Shown piece by piece: positions 18,490-26,938 of a stretch of DNA of 64,000 nucleotides (its first letter is position 1; the number at the start of each line of letters is the position of its first letter). The position numbers were made by a program, and so were the translations under genes. Under the pieces are notes generated by a model that saw only the letters and a list, made by a program, of their open reading frames with translations, was not told the origin of the DNA and made no database searches. This DNA comes from an uncultured Desulfatibacillum sp. Its GTDB lineage: Bacteria; Desulfobacterota; Desulfobacteria; Desulfobacterales; SpSt-501. Location of the stretch: assembly GCA_964570965.1 (NCBI GenBank), contig CAZNAX010000002.1, positions 20,095-84,094 of the forward strand, written 5' to 3'.

Positions 18490-18717
18490 GGAATTCCCCC
18501 TTTTGGAATCGTCGATCGGCTGGCCTCGGTATCGCATATCCATCGGTGATCTGCAAGGCAGCCTATTGACTTGAGAACCTTGACTGATCTGTTCATTTGA
18601 CTGTATGAACATTTCTTGAAACGCTTTTACTCGTTTTAAGGGGGAAGAATCCTAACAATCCGATTTTCCGAAAAATAGAGATGCAGCCGACGAAAACAAC
18701 ATTGGGGAGAGTCAACC

Positions 18718-20673
18718 ATGTCGAGGATGTTGTGGAAGCCTTCAGAGGAGAACATTCGCCAGTCCAATATGTTCCGTTTCATGCAGCTCGTGAACGCCCG
18801 GCACAACCAGGAATTTGCCGACTTCTCCTCCCTTCACCGGTGGTCGGTCGATCATATTGCCGATTTCTGGGCATTGATGTGGGAATTCGCCGGGATCATG
18901 CACTCGGCATCCTATCGGGAGGTGGTGGACGACCCTTTGAAAATGCCGGGTGCGCACTGGTTTCCGGGCGCGCGGTTGAATTATGCAGAAAACCTGCTGC
19001 GCTACCGGGATGAACGCCTGGCCATCATCTTCAAGGGCGAAGGACAGCCGTGCATCCGGATGACCTATGCCCAGCTCTACGACGAGGTGGCGCGCATCGC
19101 CCGATCGCTGCGTCTCCTCGGTATCCAGCCGGGCGACCGGGTGGTGGGGTTCATGCCCAACATGCCGCAGGCTACGATCGCGATGCTGGCGGCGACAAGC
19201 ATCGGCGCTGTCTGGTCCTCCTGTTCCCCGGACTTCGGCATCAAAGGCGTGCTGGATCGGTTCGGACAAATCCAGCCGCGAGTGATTTTTACGGCGGACG
19301 GCTATTTTTTCAAAGGCCGAAAAATGGATTCGCTTGCGCGCATGGCTGATATTCTGAAGGAACTGCGCACGATCGAACGGGTGGTGGTCGTACCTTACAC
19401 GGATCCGGACCCCGACCTAAGCGGCCTCCCGAACGGAGTCAGCTGGTCGGATTTTCGATCCAAGGAAGCGGGCCTGAAGATCGACTTCGAAGCGCTGCCC
19501 TTTGAACACCCGCTTTACATCATGTACTCCTCGGGCACCACGGGATTGCCGAAGTGTATGGTGCAGAGCGCCGGCGGCATCCTCATTCATCACCTGAAAG
19601 AGTTGATGCTGCACACCGACCTCACCCGCCGCGACACGATCTTCTACTTTACGACCTGCGGTTGGATGATGTGGAACTGGCTCTCCAGCGCACTGGCCGT
19701 CGGCGCTACCTTGGTCCTTTATGACGGCAACCCTTTCCACCCCCATCCCGGTGTGCTGTGGGAAATGGCTCAGGACGAAAAGATCACGTTGTTCGGCACC
19801 AGTGCCGGTTACATCGGTGCGCTGATGGCCTCCGGGCTCAAACCGGGAAGACAATACGATCTGGGGCCGCTGCGGGCGGTCTTGTCCACCGGGTCACCGT
19901 TGTCGGCGGAAGGCTTCGAGTTCGTCTATCAAAACGTCAAATCCGACCTGCAACTGGCATCCATTTCTGGCGGCACCGACCTCAACGGCTGTTTCGCCCT
20001 TGGAAACCCGATCGGACCTGTCTATGCGGGTGAGTTGCAGTGCCGTGGCCTAGCCATGGATGTTCACGCGTTCGATTCGGAGGGCCGATCGGTGACCAAC
20101 CAGCAGGGCGAGCTGGTGTGCTGCAAACCTTTCCCCTCCATGCCGATTCACTTCTGGGATGATCCGGAAGGCAAAAAATATTTCGGCGCCTATTTTAGCG
20201 TATACCCGGGTATCTGGCGGCACGGCGACTTCATCGAAATCAATGACCATGGAGGCATCGTGATCTACGGTCGCTCCGACGCGACACTCAACCCCGGAGG
20301 CGTGCGGATCGGAACAGCTGAAATATACAGCATCGTTGCACTGATGCCGGAGATCGTCGATAGTGTGGTCGTCGGTCAGAGCTGGAAAAACGACGTGCGC
20401 GTCATCCTGTTTGTGCAACTGCCTGATGGCGAGACGCTGACAGAGGCCCTCCAGAAAAAAATACGCGGAACCATTCGTGCGCTGGCCTCCCCGCGGCATG
20501 TGCCGGCCAAAATTATTGCCGTGCCGGGCATCCCTTACACACTCAACATGAAAAAGGTGGAAATGGCGGTCAAGAAGGTCATTGACGGAAAGCCCGTTCT
20601 AAACAAAGATGCGCTGAGCAACCCGGGCATTCTGGATTTTTATGGCACCATTAAAGAATTGCAGGAAGACTAG
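18718..20673 (+). CDS. Acetoacetyl-CoA synthetase (acetoacetate-CoA ligase)
   Basis: 651 aa. N-terminal LWKPSEENIRQSNMFRFM...HRWSVDHIADFW and the AMP-binding motif YIMYSSGTTGLPKC. Confidence 0.85.
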   Translation: MSRMLWKPSEENIRQSNMFRFMQLVNARHNQEFADFSSLHRWSVDHIADFWALMWEFAGIMHSASYREVVDDPLKMPGAHWFPGARLNYAENLLRYRDERLAIIFKGEGQPCIRMTYAQLYDEVARIARSLRLLGIQPGDRVVGFMPNMPQATIAMLAATSIGAVWSSCSPDFGIKGVLDRFGQIQPRVIFTADGYFFKGRKMDSLARMADILKELRTIERVVVVPYTDPDPDLSGLPNGVSWSDFRSKEAGLKIDFEALPFEHPLYIMYSSGTTGLPKCMVQSAGGILIHHLKELMLHTDLTRRDTIFYFTTCGWMMWNWLSSALAVGATLVLYDGNPFHPHPGVLWEMAQDEKITLFGTSAGYIGALMASGLKPGRQYDLGPLRAVLSTGSPLSAEGFEFVYQNVKSDLQLASISGGTDLNGCFALGNPIGPVYAGELQCRGLAMDVHAFDSEGRSVTNQQGELVCCKPFPSMPIHFWDDPEGKKYFGAYFSVYPGIWRHGDFIEINDHGGIVIYGRSDATLNPGGVRIGTAEIYSIVALMPEIVDSVVVGQSWKNDVRVILFVQLPDGETLTEALQKKIRGTIRALASPRHVPAKIIAVPGIPYTLNMKKVEMAVKKVIDGKPVLNKDALSNPGILDFYGTIKELQED

Positions 20674-20709
20674 GGACGAATCCGCCATTTTTTTCTCTAT
20701 GAAGGCAAA

Positions 20710-21126
20710 ATGGAGACGGCTGACCGGTACACGCTTTATTCGGTGGGGGTGGTCCGGCTGAAATGCGATACGGCCTGGATCGAGATCCTCGATGCATACC
20801 GCGATGCGATGACGGGGCTTGAAGGCTTTTCCCACATTCATGTCTTCTTCTGGTTTCACGAAAACGACACAGTTGAATATCGACGCACTTTGAAAGTGCA
20901 CCCCCGCAGCAACCCGGCGAATCCTCTGACCGGTGTCTTCGCCACGCACTCGCCGAAGCGTCCCAATCTCATCGGGCTTACCCGCTGCCGTATCATAAGG
21001 ATCGAAGAGAACCGGATTTTGATAGATTCCATCGACGCCCGAGACGGCTCGCCGGTCATCGATATCAAAGGCTTCATCCCGGAGGCCTCACCCCCAGCGG
21101 GTGTTCAGGTGCCGGGCTGGGTATAG
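20710..21126 (+). CDS. TsaA/TrmO-like domain protein (short form)
   Basis: 138 aa. Motifs EGFSHIHVFFWFH, FATHSPKRPNLIGLT and GSPVIDIKGF. Confidence 0.65.
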   Translation: METADRYTLYSVGVVRLKCDTAWIEILDAYRDAMTGLEGFSHIHVFFWFHENDTVEYRRTLKVHPRSNPANPLTGVFATHSPKRPNLIGLTRCRIIRIEENRILIDSIDARDGSPVIDIKGFIPEASPPAGVQVPGWV

Positions 21127-21435
21127 CCCAGAAGGCCGTTCCCGCCGTTCCGATCAATCACCCCACCCCCGTAGGAAGAAAGACAGGTTCCCCAACTCTG
21201 GATAGGCTCTGGTAGGGTTTTCTTTCAAGCAGTACCGATCGATCATCCTCAAAGGGTGCCTATCCAAATTCAAGCTCGTCATAAAGATTCGCGCGGGATG
21301 AGGCAATGTGAACTAAATTCCCTAAATTTTGGAAACCAATTTTATATGGGCTGGAGCCGGGTTTACGCGCCGTTAGGGTTTTTAACAGATTGAATTATCA
21401 TATAAAAATACGACTTGAGCACTTTTTTCAAATAT

Positions 21436-21451
21436 TTGCACGTTTTTTGCT
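21436..21451 (+). promoter_or_regulatory. Near-consensus sigma54 (-24/-12) promoter candidate upstream of the PilZ operon
   Basis: TTGCACGTTTTTTGCT against TGGCACG-N4-TTGCW. Spacing is correct, with one mismatch that converts the -24 GG to TG. It sits 60 nt upstream of the ATG at 21512, in an AT-rich intergenic region. Confidence 0.3.
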
Positions 21452-21511
21452 TACTATTGGGATGGAATCAGAATAACTAAGAATAACCAGCTATTAAACG
21501 GTGATGCCAGC

Positions 21512-21802
21512 ATGAAGCCCGGCGCAGCTCCAGACAAGATCGGCACCCAAGCGAGGGAAAGAAGGAATTTTAGCCGGAAGACGTATTCGGGATCCATTTT
21601 TTTTGCGACTCGAAAACAACTCTTCGAAGGTGAGCTCTTGAATTTTAGCCAAACTGGTCTCGGCATCAAGGTTCTGGAACGGTTTGTAGAAGGCGAGGAT
21701 CTCATCGTTGCGCTACCCTTTGACGACAGCACAGCGGGCAAATGCCCGGCCAGAGTGGTTTGGTGCAACGGCAAAGGGTTTGGCGCCAAGTTTATTCGAT
21801 GA
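21512..21802 (+). CDS. Stand-alone PilZ domain protein (c-di-GMP receptor motifs intact)
   Basis: 96 aa. RRNFSR matches the RRxxxR motif and NFSQTG matches (D/N)xSxxG. Confidence 0.75.
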   Translation: MKPGAAPDKIGTQARERRNFSRKTYSGSIFFATRKQLFEGELLNFSQTGLGIKVLERFVEGEDLIVALPFDDSTAGKCPARVVWCNGKGFGAKFIR

Positions 21803-21945
21803 AAGGGTGAATCCGGTATTACTGAAAAGGGGCTCCGATTAGGCTGATGCAATGCAGGACAGCAACTGGCAGCCTGAATCGGAAATTGGGAAGGCGGTGG
21901 TCTTGTAGAAAACGGGATTCGCTTCATTGCACGAGGAGGCCCCCT

Positions 21946-22149
21946 ATGTTCATGGATTATTTCCGAATCGGCGGACTGAGCAACTCGCTTCTCATCGGCG
22001 ACTTGGTATCGCGGGCGCTCTTTATCATCTTCTGTGCCCTGATTCTTCTGATCCTGGGTTGCAAAATCCGGCGTCCGCTGGGAGCAGGTGTCGTAATCAT
22101 CTATGGAATTGCCGTCTACATGTACAATCAGGGGTTGCTTCGGTTTTGA
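21946..22149 (+). CDS. Small two-TM membrane protein, paralog 1 (67 aa)
   Basis: ATG at 21946 with GAGGAGG at 21933-21939. Sequence MFMDYFRIGGLSNSLLIGDLVSRALFIIFCALILLILGCKIRRPLGAGVVIIYGIAVYMYNQGLLRF. It aligns without gaps to the next ORF. Confidence 0.6.
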   Translation: MFMDYFRIGGLSNSLLIGDLVSRALFIIFCALILLILGCKIRRPLGAGVVIIYGIAVYMYNQGLLRF

Positions 22150-22245
22150 AATTCATTTTCAACCCGATTCACCCAGCGCTTGCCAGCCCAGCGGAGATCT
22201 TCGGGATTTCAGGGCGAAGGGACATCCAAACCGACGGAATTCGAG

Positions 22246-22449
22246 ATGATATTCGAATACATCCGATTGACCGGTATAGGCGACTCACGGACTTCGCTGG
22301 ATATTATCTCGCGGGTGTTGTTCCTGGTGATTGCCGGCCTGCTGCTCGCCATGGTCGGCTTTAAGGTTAGGGGGGTATGGGGCGCTGCCGCAGCGTTGGC
22401 AGCGGGAGCGGTCTTATTTCTTTTCAATGAAGGGATCATACGATTTTAA
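22246..22449 (+). CDS. Small two-TM membrane protein, paralog 2 (67 aa)
   Basis: ATG at 22246. Sequence MIFEYIRLTGIGDSRTSLDIISRVLFLVIAGLLLAMVGFKVRGVWGAAAALAAGAVLFLFNEGIIRF. Same length as paralog 1, with 22 of 67 identical positions by my count. Its stop codon overlaps the start of the activator gene. Confidence 0.55.
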   Translation: MIFEYIRLTGIGDSRTSLDIISRVLFLVIAGLLLAMVGFKVRGVWGAAAALAAGAVLFLFNEGIIRF

Positions 22450-23507
22450 TGAATCATTTTGCGCCAGACCATGCTGAGGTCGAACTCGTTGGGGTCAGCC
22501 GGAACATTCAGCGCATAAGGGAATTGATCGATCAGGTTGCGGAGACCGGCTTCAACGTAATCGTTTGCGGCGAAACGGGCGTGGGTAAGGAATTGGTTGT
22601 TTCCAGCCTCTACCAGAAATCGAACCGGTTGGGAAAGCCTTTCGTCAAGGTGAATTGCGCCGCACTTCCGGACACGCTGCTGGAAAGCGAGATGTTCGGG
22701 TATGAGCGGGGAGCGTTTACCGGGGCGATTCGCACCCGACGTGGCAAATTCGAGCAGGCGCATGAGGGAGTCTTATTTCTGGACGAGATCGGCGACATGT
22801 CGCTTCCACTGCAATCGAAGTTGTTGCACGTGCTGCAGGGTGGTGACTTTACCCCATTGGGTTCAGAAAAGCAATTTATAACAGATGTTTGGGTAATCGC
22901 TGCCACCAATCGCAACCTGAAAAAGGATGTTGAGGAAGGCAACTTTAGAAATGACCTCTATTATCGTTTGAGCACGCTTTCGATTTACATTGATCCGTTG
23001 CGCCATCGGCCGGAGGATGTCCCAATTCTTATAGATTACTATACCCGGAGGTATAACCGAGAGTTAAACCGCAATGAAACGGGGAGACTGAGCCCGGAAG
23101 CGATCGCCAAGCTGTCCTCTCACCCTTGGCCCGGGAACGTACGAGAGCTTCAGAACGTGCTCCAGCGCATCATCGTGCTCGGGGAAAGCGAAGAAGTGCT
23201 TGATTCCATGCTGGCATCCGCACCGAGCGTTCGTTGCGATCAATCGAATGGCCTCAGCCTCGGGCCCCCGGGCGTGTTAAGTGGGATTATGGCGGATAAC
23301 GGCGGGAGGCTGGATCTTGCCGATCTTTCGCTGAAAAAGATACGCAAGAAAGCCATGAATCAAGTTGAACGCGACCTGATTGGACATGTGCTGATCAAAA
23401 CCGGGTGGAATCGCAGCAAGGCTTCCCGAATCCTTAAAATAAGCTACAAGACATTGTTGCAGAAAATAGACGAACTGGCTATCGTTCCTCCACCCGAACT
23501 CGCCTGA
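22449..23507 (+). CDS. Sigma54-dependent transcriptional activator without N-terminal sensory domain (AAA+ plus HTH only)
   Basis: 352 aa. Walker A GETGVGKE begins about 40 residues in. Also the GAFTGA loop (ERGAFTGA), Walker B FLDEIG, WPGNVRELQN, and a C-terminal Fis-type HTH (NRSKASRILKISYKTLLQK). Confidence 0.9.
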   Translation: MNHFAPDHAEVELVGVSRNIQRIRELIDQVAETGFNVIVCGETGVGKELVVSSLYQKSNRLGKPFVKVNCAALPDTLLESEMFGYERGAFTGAIRTRRGKFEQAHEGVLFLDEIGDMSLPLQSKLLHVLQGGDFTPLGSEKQFITDVWVIAATNRNLKKDVEEGNFRNDLYYRLSTLSIYIDPLRHRPEDVPILIDYYTRRYNRELNRNETGRLSPEAIAKLSSHPWPGNVRELQNVLQRIIVLGESEEVLDSMLASAPSVRCDQSNGLSLGPPGVLSGIMADNGGRLDLADLSLKKIRKKAMNQVERDLIGHVLIKTGWNRSKASRILKISYKTLLQKIDELAIVPPPELA

Positions 23508-23514
23508 ACATAGA

Positions 23515-23541
23515 CGCCCCCCCAAAGGGGGCGGATTCTTT
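23515..23541 (+). terminator. Rho-independent terminator candidate after the activator gene
   Basis: The 7-bp GC stem CGCCCCC / GGGGGCG (23515-23521 pairing with 23527-23533) is followed by GATTCTTT. Confidence 0.5.
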
Positions 23542-23659
23542 GCACAACCCCTTCGTCCGCACCGCCTTATTGAGCTGGTGCGATTTTGAAACCGACCTTG
23601 CCTGAGATAGACCAGCCGGTCTTCCTATTTTCCACGGCAGCGGTCTGGATGACTCCGAG

Positions 23660-23688
23660 TTGACACCCAAGGCCGCTTTTTCTATATA
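23660..23688 (+). promoter_or_regulatory. Sigma70-type promoter candidate for purB
   Basis: TTGACA (23660-23665), a 17-nt spacer, then TATATA (23683-23688). It lies 60 nt upstream of the purB ATG. Confidence 0.45.
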
Positions 23689-23748
23689 ACCAACTCTCTG
23701 GGTGCTGTTCAGATCAACCCGAAACCCCATCGAATTAGGACGATTGCC

Positions 23749-25101
23749 ATGCAATTTTCCACGCTGGAGGCCATCTCCCCGGTAGACGGACGATACCGGG
23801 GTCAAACCGAATCGCTGGCCCCTTATTTTTCCGAAAGTGCGCTGATCAAATATCGATTGCGCGTGGAGGTGGAGTACTTCATCGCCCTTTGCCGATTGCC
23901 TCTGCCACAGCTCCAGGATTTCGACGCAGATCAATTCGAGCGGTTGCGGGAAATTTACCGAAACTTTTCAATGGCGGACGCGCGCCGGATAAAAGACATT
24001 GAAAAGGGTACCAACCACGACGTCAAGGCGGTTGAATACCGCCTCAAAGAGAAGTTCGGCGAACTGGGGCTGCAGAAATACAGCGAGTTCATCCACTTCG
24101 GCCTGACTTCGCAGGACGTCAACAACACCGCTGTGCCGCTGTCGCTCAAGGAGGGCTGGGGCGACGTTATGCAGGCGGCGTTGGATGGGGTGCTGGACTT
24201 GCTTGAGGCCAAGGCCCGGGAGTGGAAAAGCGTCGCCATGCTCGCCCGGACCCATGGCCAGCCGGCATCGCCCACCACTCTTGGAAAAGAGATTCACGTA
24301 TTCGTCGAGCGGCTGAAAGTTCAGATAGAACAGCTGAAGCAGGTGCCTTTTTCGGCGAAATTCGGCGGCGCTACGGGAAATTTCAACGCCCACCACGTGG
24401 CCTATCCGGCCATCGACTGGAATGCTTTTGCCGATGCCCTCGTCAACCAGGGTCTGGGCTTGTCGCGCTCACGCACGACCACTCAAATCGAACACTACGA
24501 CAACCTGGCCGCCTTCTGCGACAATCTGCGGCGCATCAACACCATCCTGATGGACCTGGACCGCGATATTTGGGCTTACATCTCCATGGACTATTTCAAG
24601 CAGAGGATCATAGCCGGGGAAGTGGGCTCATCGGCTATGCCCCACAAGGTCAACCCCATCGATTTCGAGAATTCGGAAGGCAACCTCGGCGTTGCCAACG
24701 CGCTTCTGGAGCATCTTTCAGCCAAACTGCCGATATCGCGCTTGCAGAGGGACCTGACCGACTCCACCGTGATTCGCAATCTCGGGGTTCCGATGGCGCA
24801 TATGCTTATTGCGCTGAAGTCGCTTCTAAAAGGCTTGGGCAAGCTGATTTTGAATGGGGAGGCGGTCCGTGCCGATCTCGAAGACCATTGGTCGGTAGTG
24901 GCGGAAGCCATCCAGACGATTCTGCGGCGCGAAGGCTATCCGAAACCTTATGAGGCGCTAAAAGAACTCACCCGGACTCATGCCCGGATGACCCGCGAAA
25001 CCATTGCGCAATTCATCGAATCGTTGGACGTGCCACGGGCGGTTAAGGATGAACTGCTTAAAATCTCGCCCGAAAACTACATCGGCCTGATCGCCTTCTG
25101 A
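23749..25101 (+). CDS. purB: Adenylosuccinate lyase
   Basis: 450 aa. Motifs LEAISPVDGRYR, TSQDVNNT, GSSAMPHKVNP and others. Confidence 0.92.
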   Translation: MQFSTLEAISPVDGRYRGQTESLAPYFSESALIKYRLRVEVEYFIALCRLPLPQLQDFDADQFERLREIYRNFSMADARRIKDIEKGTNHDVKAVEYRLKEKFGELGLQKYSEFIHFGLTSQDVNNTAVPLSLKEGWGDVMQAALDGVLDLLEAKAREWKSVAMLARTHGQPASPTTLGKEIHVFVERLKVQIEQLKQVPFSAKFGGATGNFNAHHVAYPAIDWNAFADALVNQGLGLSRSRTTTQIEHYDNLAAFCDNLRRINTILMDLDRDIWAYISMDYFKQRIIAGEVGSSAMPHKVNPIDFENSEGNLGVANALLEHLSAKLPISRLQRDLTDSTVIRNLGVPMAHMLIALKSLLKGLGKLILNGEAVRADLEDHWSVVAEAIQTILRREGYPKPYEALKELTRTHARMTRETIAQFIESLDVPRAVKDELLKISPENYIGLIAF

Positions 25102-25193
25102 ATTATTTCTCCGCCAACTGCCGGAGGAATAAGATGAGAGCTTCGGCAGGATTCGATGATTACCGTCTGAGCCATCCATAGCCGCAAGATTCC

Positions 25194-25850
25194 CTAAACA
25201 CCGATCGTCAGAAGCTCCGTCGATACCCGGTTGACCAGCGCCCAAATGGCGTCGGCCGCCAGGACGTTTTCAATGGAGCGCTCGAACAGCACCTTCATTC
25301 TAGCAGGAAATTCCTCGTCTGCCATCCATAAGAGATAGTACAGGTGCAGTCGCGGGAAAGGTTTCAGCCGGACGGCGGCGTCGGCCATATCCAGTGACTC
25401 GCCGCCGAGCGTATCAGATACCTGCCGAAATCCCTGCAGATCCTGGCCGTAGCGCTCAATGAGCGCAGCGGTTCTGAGTTCGTGAGGGCCTCGGAAGAAA
25501 TGCCCTTCCTTCAAATCATGCGTTCCGACGAGGTCACGGCCCAGTGGATAAACGTCATTCACGTTGACCAGGTAAATGACGCTGGCCAGTTCGAGCAGGG
25601 GATCGTCCAGGGGTTCCCATTGCGTCCCAACCGGCCGCCGCAGGCAGCAGGCTTTGGGATCCACCATGATCATGCGATTCAAGAACTTGAACACCAGCCG
25701 GCCATCCTGGGTTAGCTCAAACTGGGTCTGAGCGCCCAACGACAGCAGGTCTCTCTGATTCAGGCACTCCCAATATTCCGGCGCCACTTTGAGATGGGAG
25801 CCGTCCGCCGCATAAGCCGGTGTCGATTGAGAACTGAGGCGTTGCTGCAT
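25194..25850 (-). CDS. Hypothetical protein, possibly DUF3786-like
   Basis: 218 aa. FKFLNRMIMVDP...LKEGHFFRGPHEL...LLWMADEEFPARMKVLFERS resembles my recollection of DUF3786 proteins found near CODH/ACS genes. This is a memory-based call only. Confidence 0.4.
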   Translation of the reverse strand: MQQRLSSQSTPAYAADGSHLKVAPEYWECLNQRDLLSLGAQTQFELTQDGRLVFKFLNRMIMVDPKACCLRRPVGTQWEPLDDPLLELASVIYLVNVNDVYPLGRDLVGTHDLKEGHFFRGPHELRTAALIERYGQDLQGFRQVSDTLGGESLDMADAAVRLKPFPRLHLYYLLWMADEEFPARMKVLFERSIENVLAADAIWALVNRVSTELLTIGV

Positions 25851-25940
25851 GGCCTGAAACCCCTATCAGAAAAGGTAAGGGCCTGCCTGGAAATGGCCGC
25901 AGGCAAGGGGCACAACATCCCGCAGGCAGCCGGAAAAATA

Positions 25941-26777
25941 CTATATTTTGACTCTCTGACATTTCGAGCAGATGTGAGTACTCCGCTGCCCAACGACGAT
26001 GCGCTGGATTTTCGCTGCGCAGCGCGGGCATGGCTCACCCGTGCGGCGGAACACGTTGAGTTCATCCCGGTTGCGCCCCCGGCGGCGGCCGACCGAGTAG
26101 AAGTTAGACTTGCCGCTCCCCAGCGAGGTGCCGAGATTTTTCAGGCCCCGTCGAAGCACGTTTTGGATCGCGGCGTGAAGGGCCGCCACGTCTTTCCTCG
26201 ATAGCGCGTCTGAGTTTCGCTGGGGGTGGAGTTTTGATTCCCAAAGGGCCTCGTCGGCGTAGATGTTACCTATCCCTGCAATGAAGTTCTGATCGAGCAT
26301 CAGCGGTTTTAGTAGCCGTTTGCGGGATTTCAGCATCGATTGCAGAAGCTCGACGGTGAAGTTCGGGTCGAGCGGTTCGGGTCCCAGCCCACCCAGGAAG
26401 GTTTCGGCTTCCGGCGTCAGATAGATCCGCCCGAACTTGCGCGGATCGTGGAACCGCAGTTCGCAGCCGTCGGAAAAGCGCAGAACCACATGTTCGTGCC
26501 GGTCCCGTTTCTGGTGCTGAGATGCCCAGTGGAGTCGACCGGACATGCGCAGGTGGATCAACAGGTTTTCGCCACCAACGAGATCGAAAACGAGAAATTT
26601 TCCCCTGCGGCGTACGCCGGCGATGGTCTTGTGTCGGATCAAGCGGCAGAACTCCTTTACGGAAGGCTCCGCAATCGTTCGTCCCCAATAGACCCCCGCG
26701 CCGGTCAGGATTTTGCCAACGATGCCGGTCGCAGCGAGATCTCTAGCGATCGTTTCTACTTCAGGTAATTCCGGCAT
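25941..26777 (-). CDS. mutM: Formamidopyrimidine-DNA glycosylase
   Basis: MPELPEVETIARDL N-terminus, an H2TH region, and the C-terminal zinc finger CPRCAAKIQRIVVGQRSTHICSKCQ. Confidence 0.92.
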   Translation of the reverse strand: MPELPEVETIARDLAATGIVGKILTGAGVYWGRTIAEPSVKEFCRLIRHKTIAGVRRRGKFLVFDLVGGENLLIHLRMSGRLHWASQHQKRDRHEHVVLRFSDGCELRFHDPRKFGRIYLTPEAETFLGGLGPEPLDPNFTVELLQSMLKSRKRLLKPLMLDQNFIAGIGNIYADEALWESKLHPQRNSDALSRKDVAALHAAIQNVLRRGLKNLGTSLGSGKSNFYSVGRRRGRNRDELNVFRRTGEPCPRCAAKIQRIVVGQRSTHICSKCQRVKI

Positions 26778-26938
26778 GTCGAATCATTTAATGAATGCGA
26801 ATTGGGCGGTTGACAAGCGTTAAGGTTCCACATATACAAATTGATCAACGGAGTCCTTAACAGATTCGTCGCTGCGTGCCAAGTTTCAATCCATCCCGGC
26901 GCCTGTTCGCATGAACCATCCAAAAACGAGGAGTAACC

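Noticed and set aside
21803-21945. Additional sigma54 promoters inside the PilZ operon (TGGCAG at ~21876, TTGCA at ~21927) and TGGCAC hits elsewhere (16566, 44990 minus strand, 51827, 52244)
   Set aside because: In every case the GG-to-GC spacing or the -12 element fails the TGGCAC-N5-TTGC geometry, and several of the hits lie inside coding sequence.
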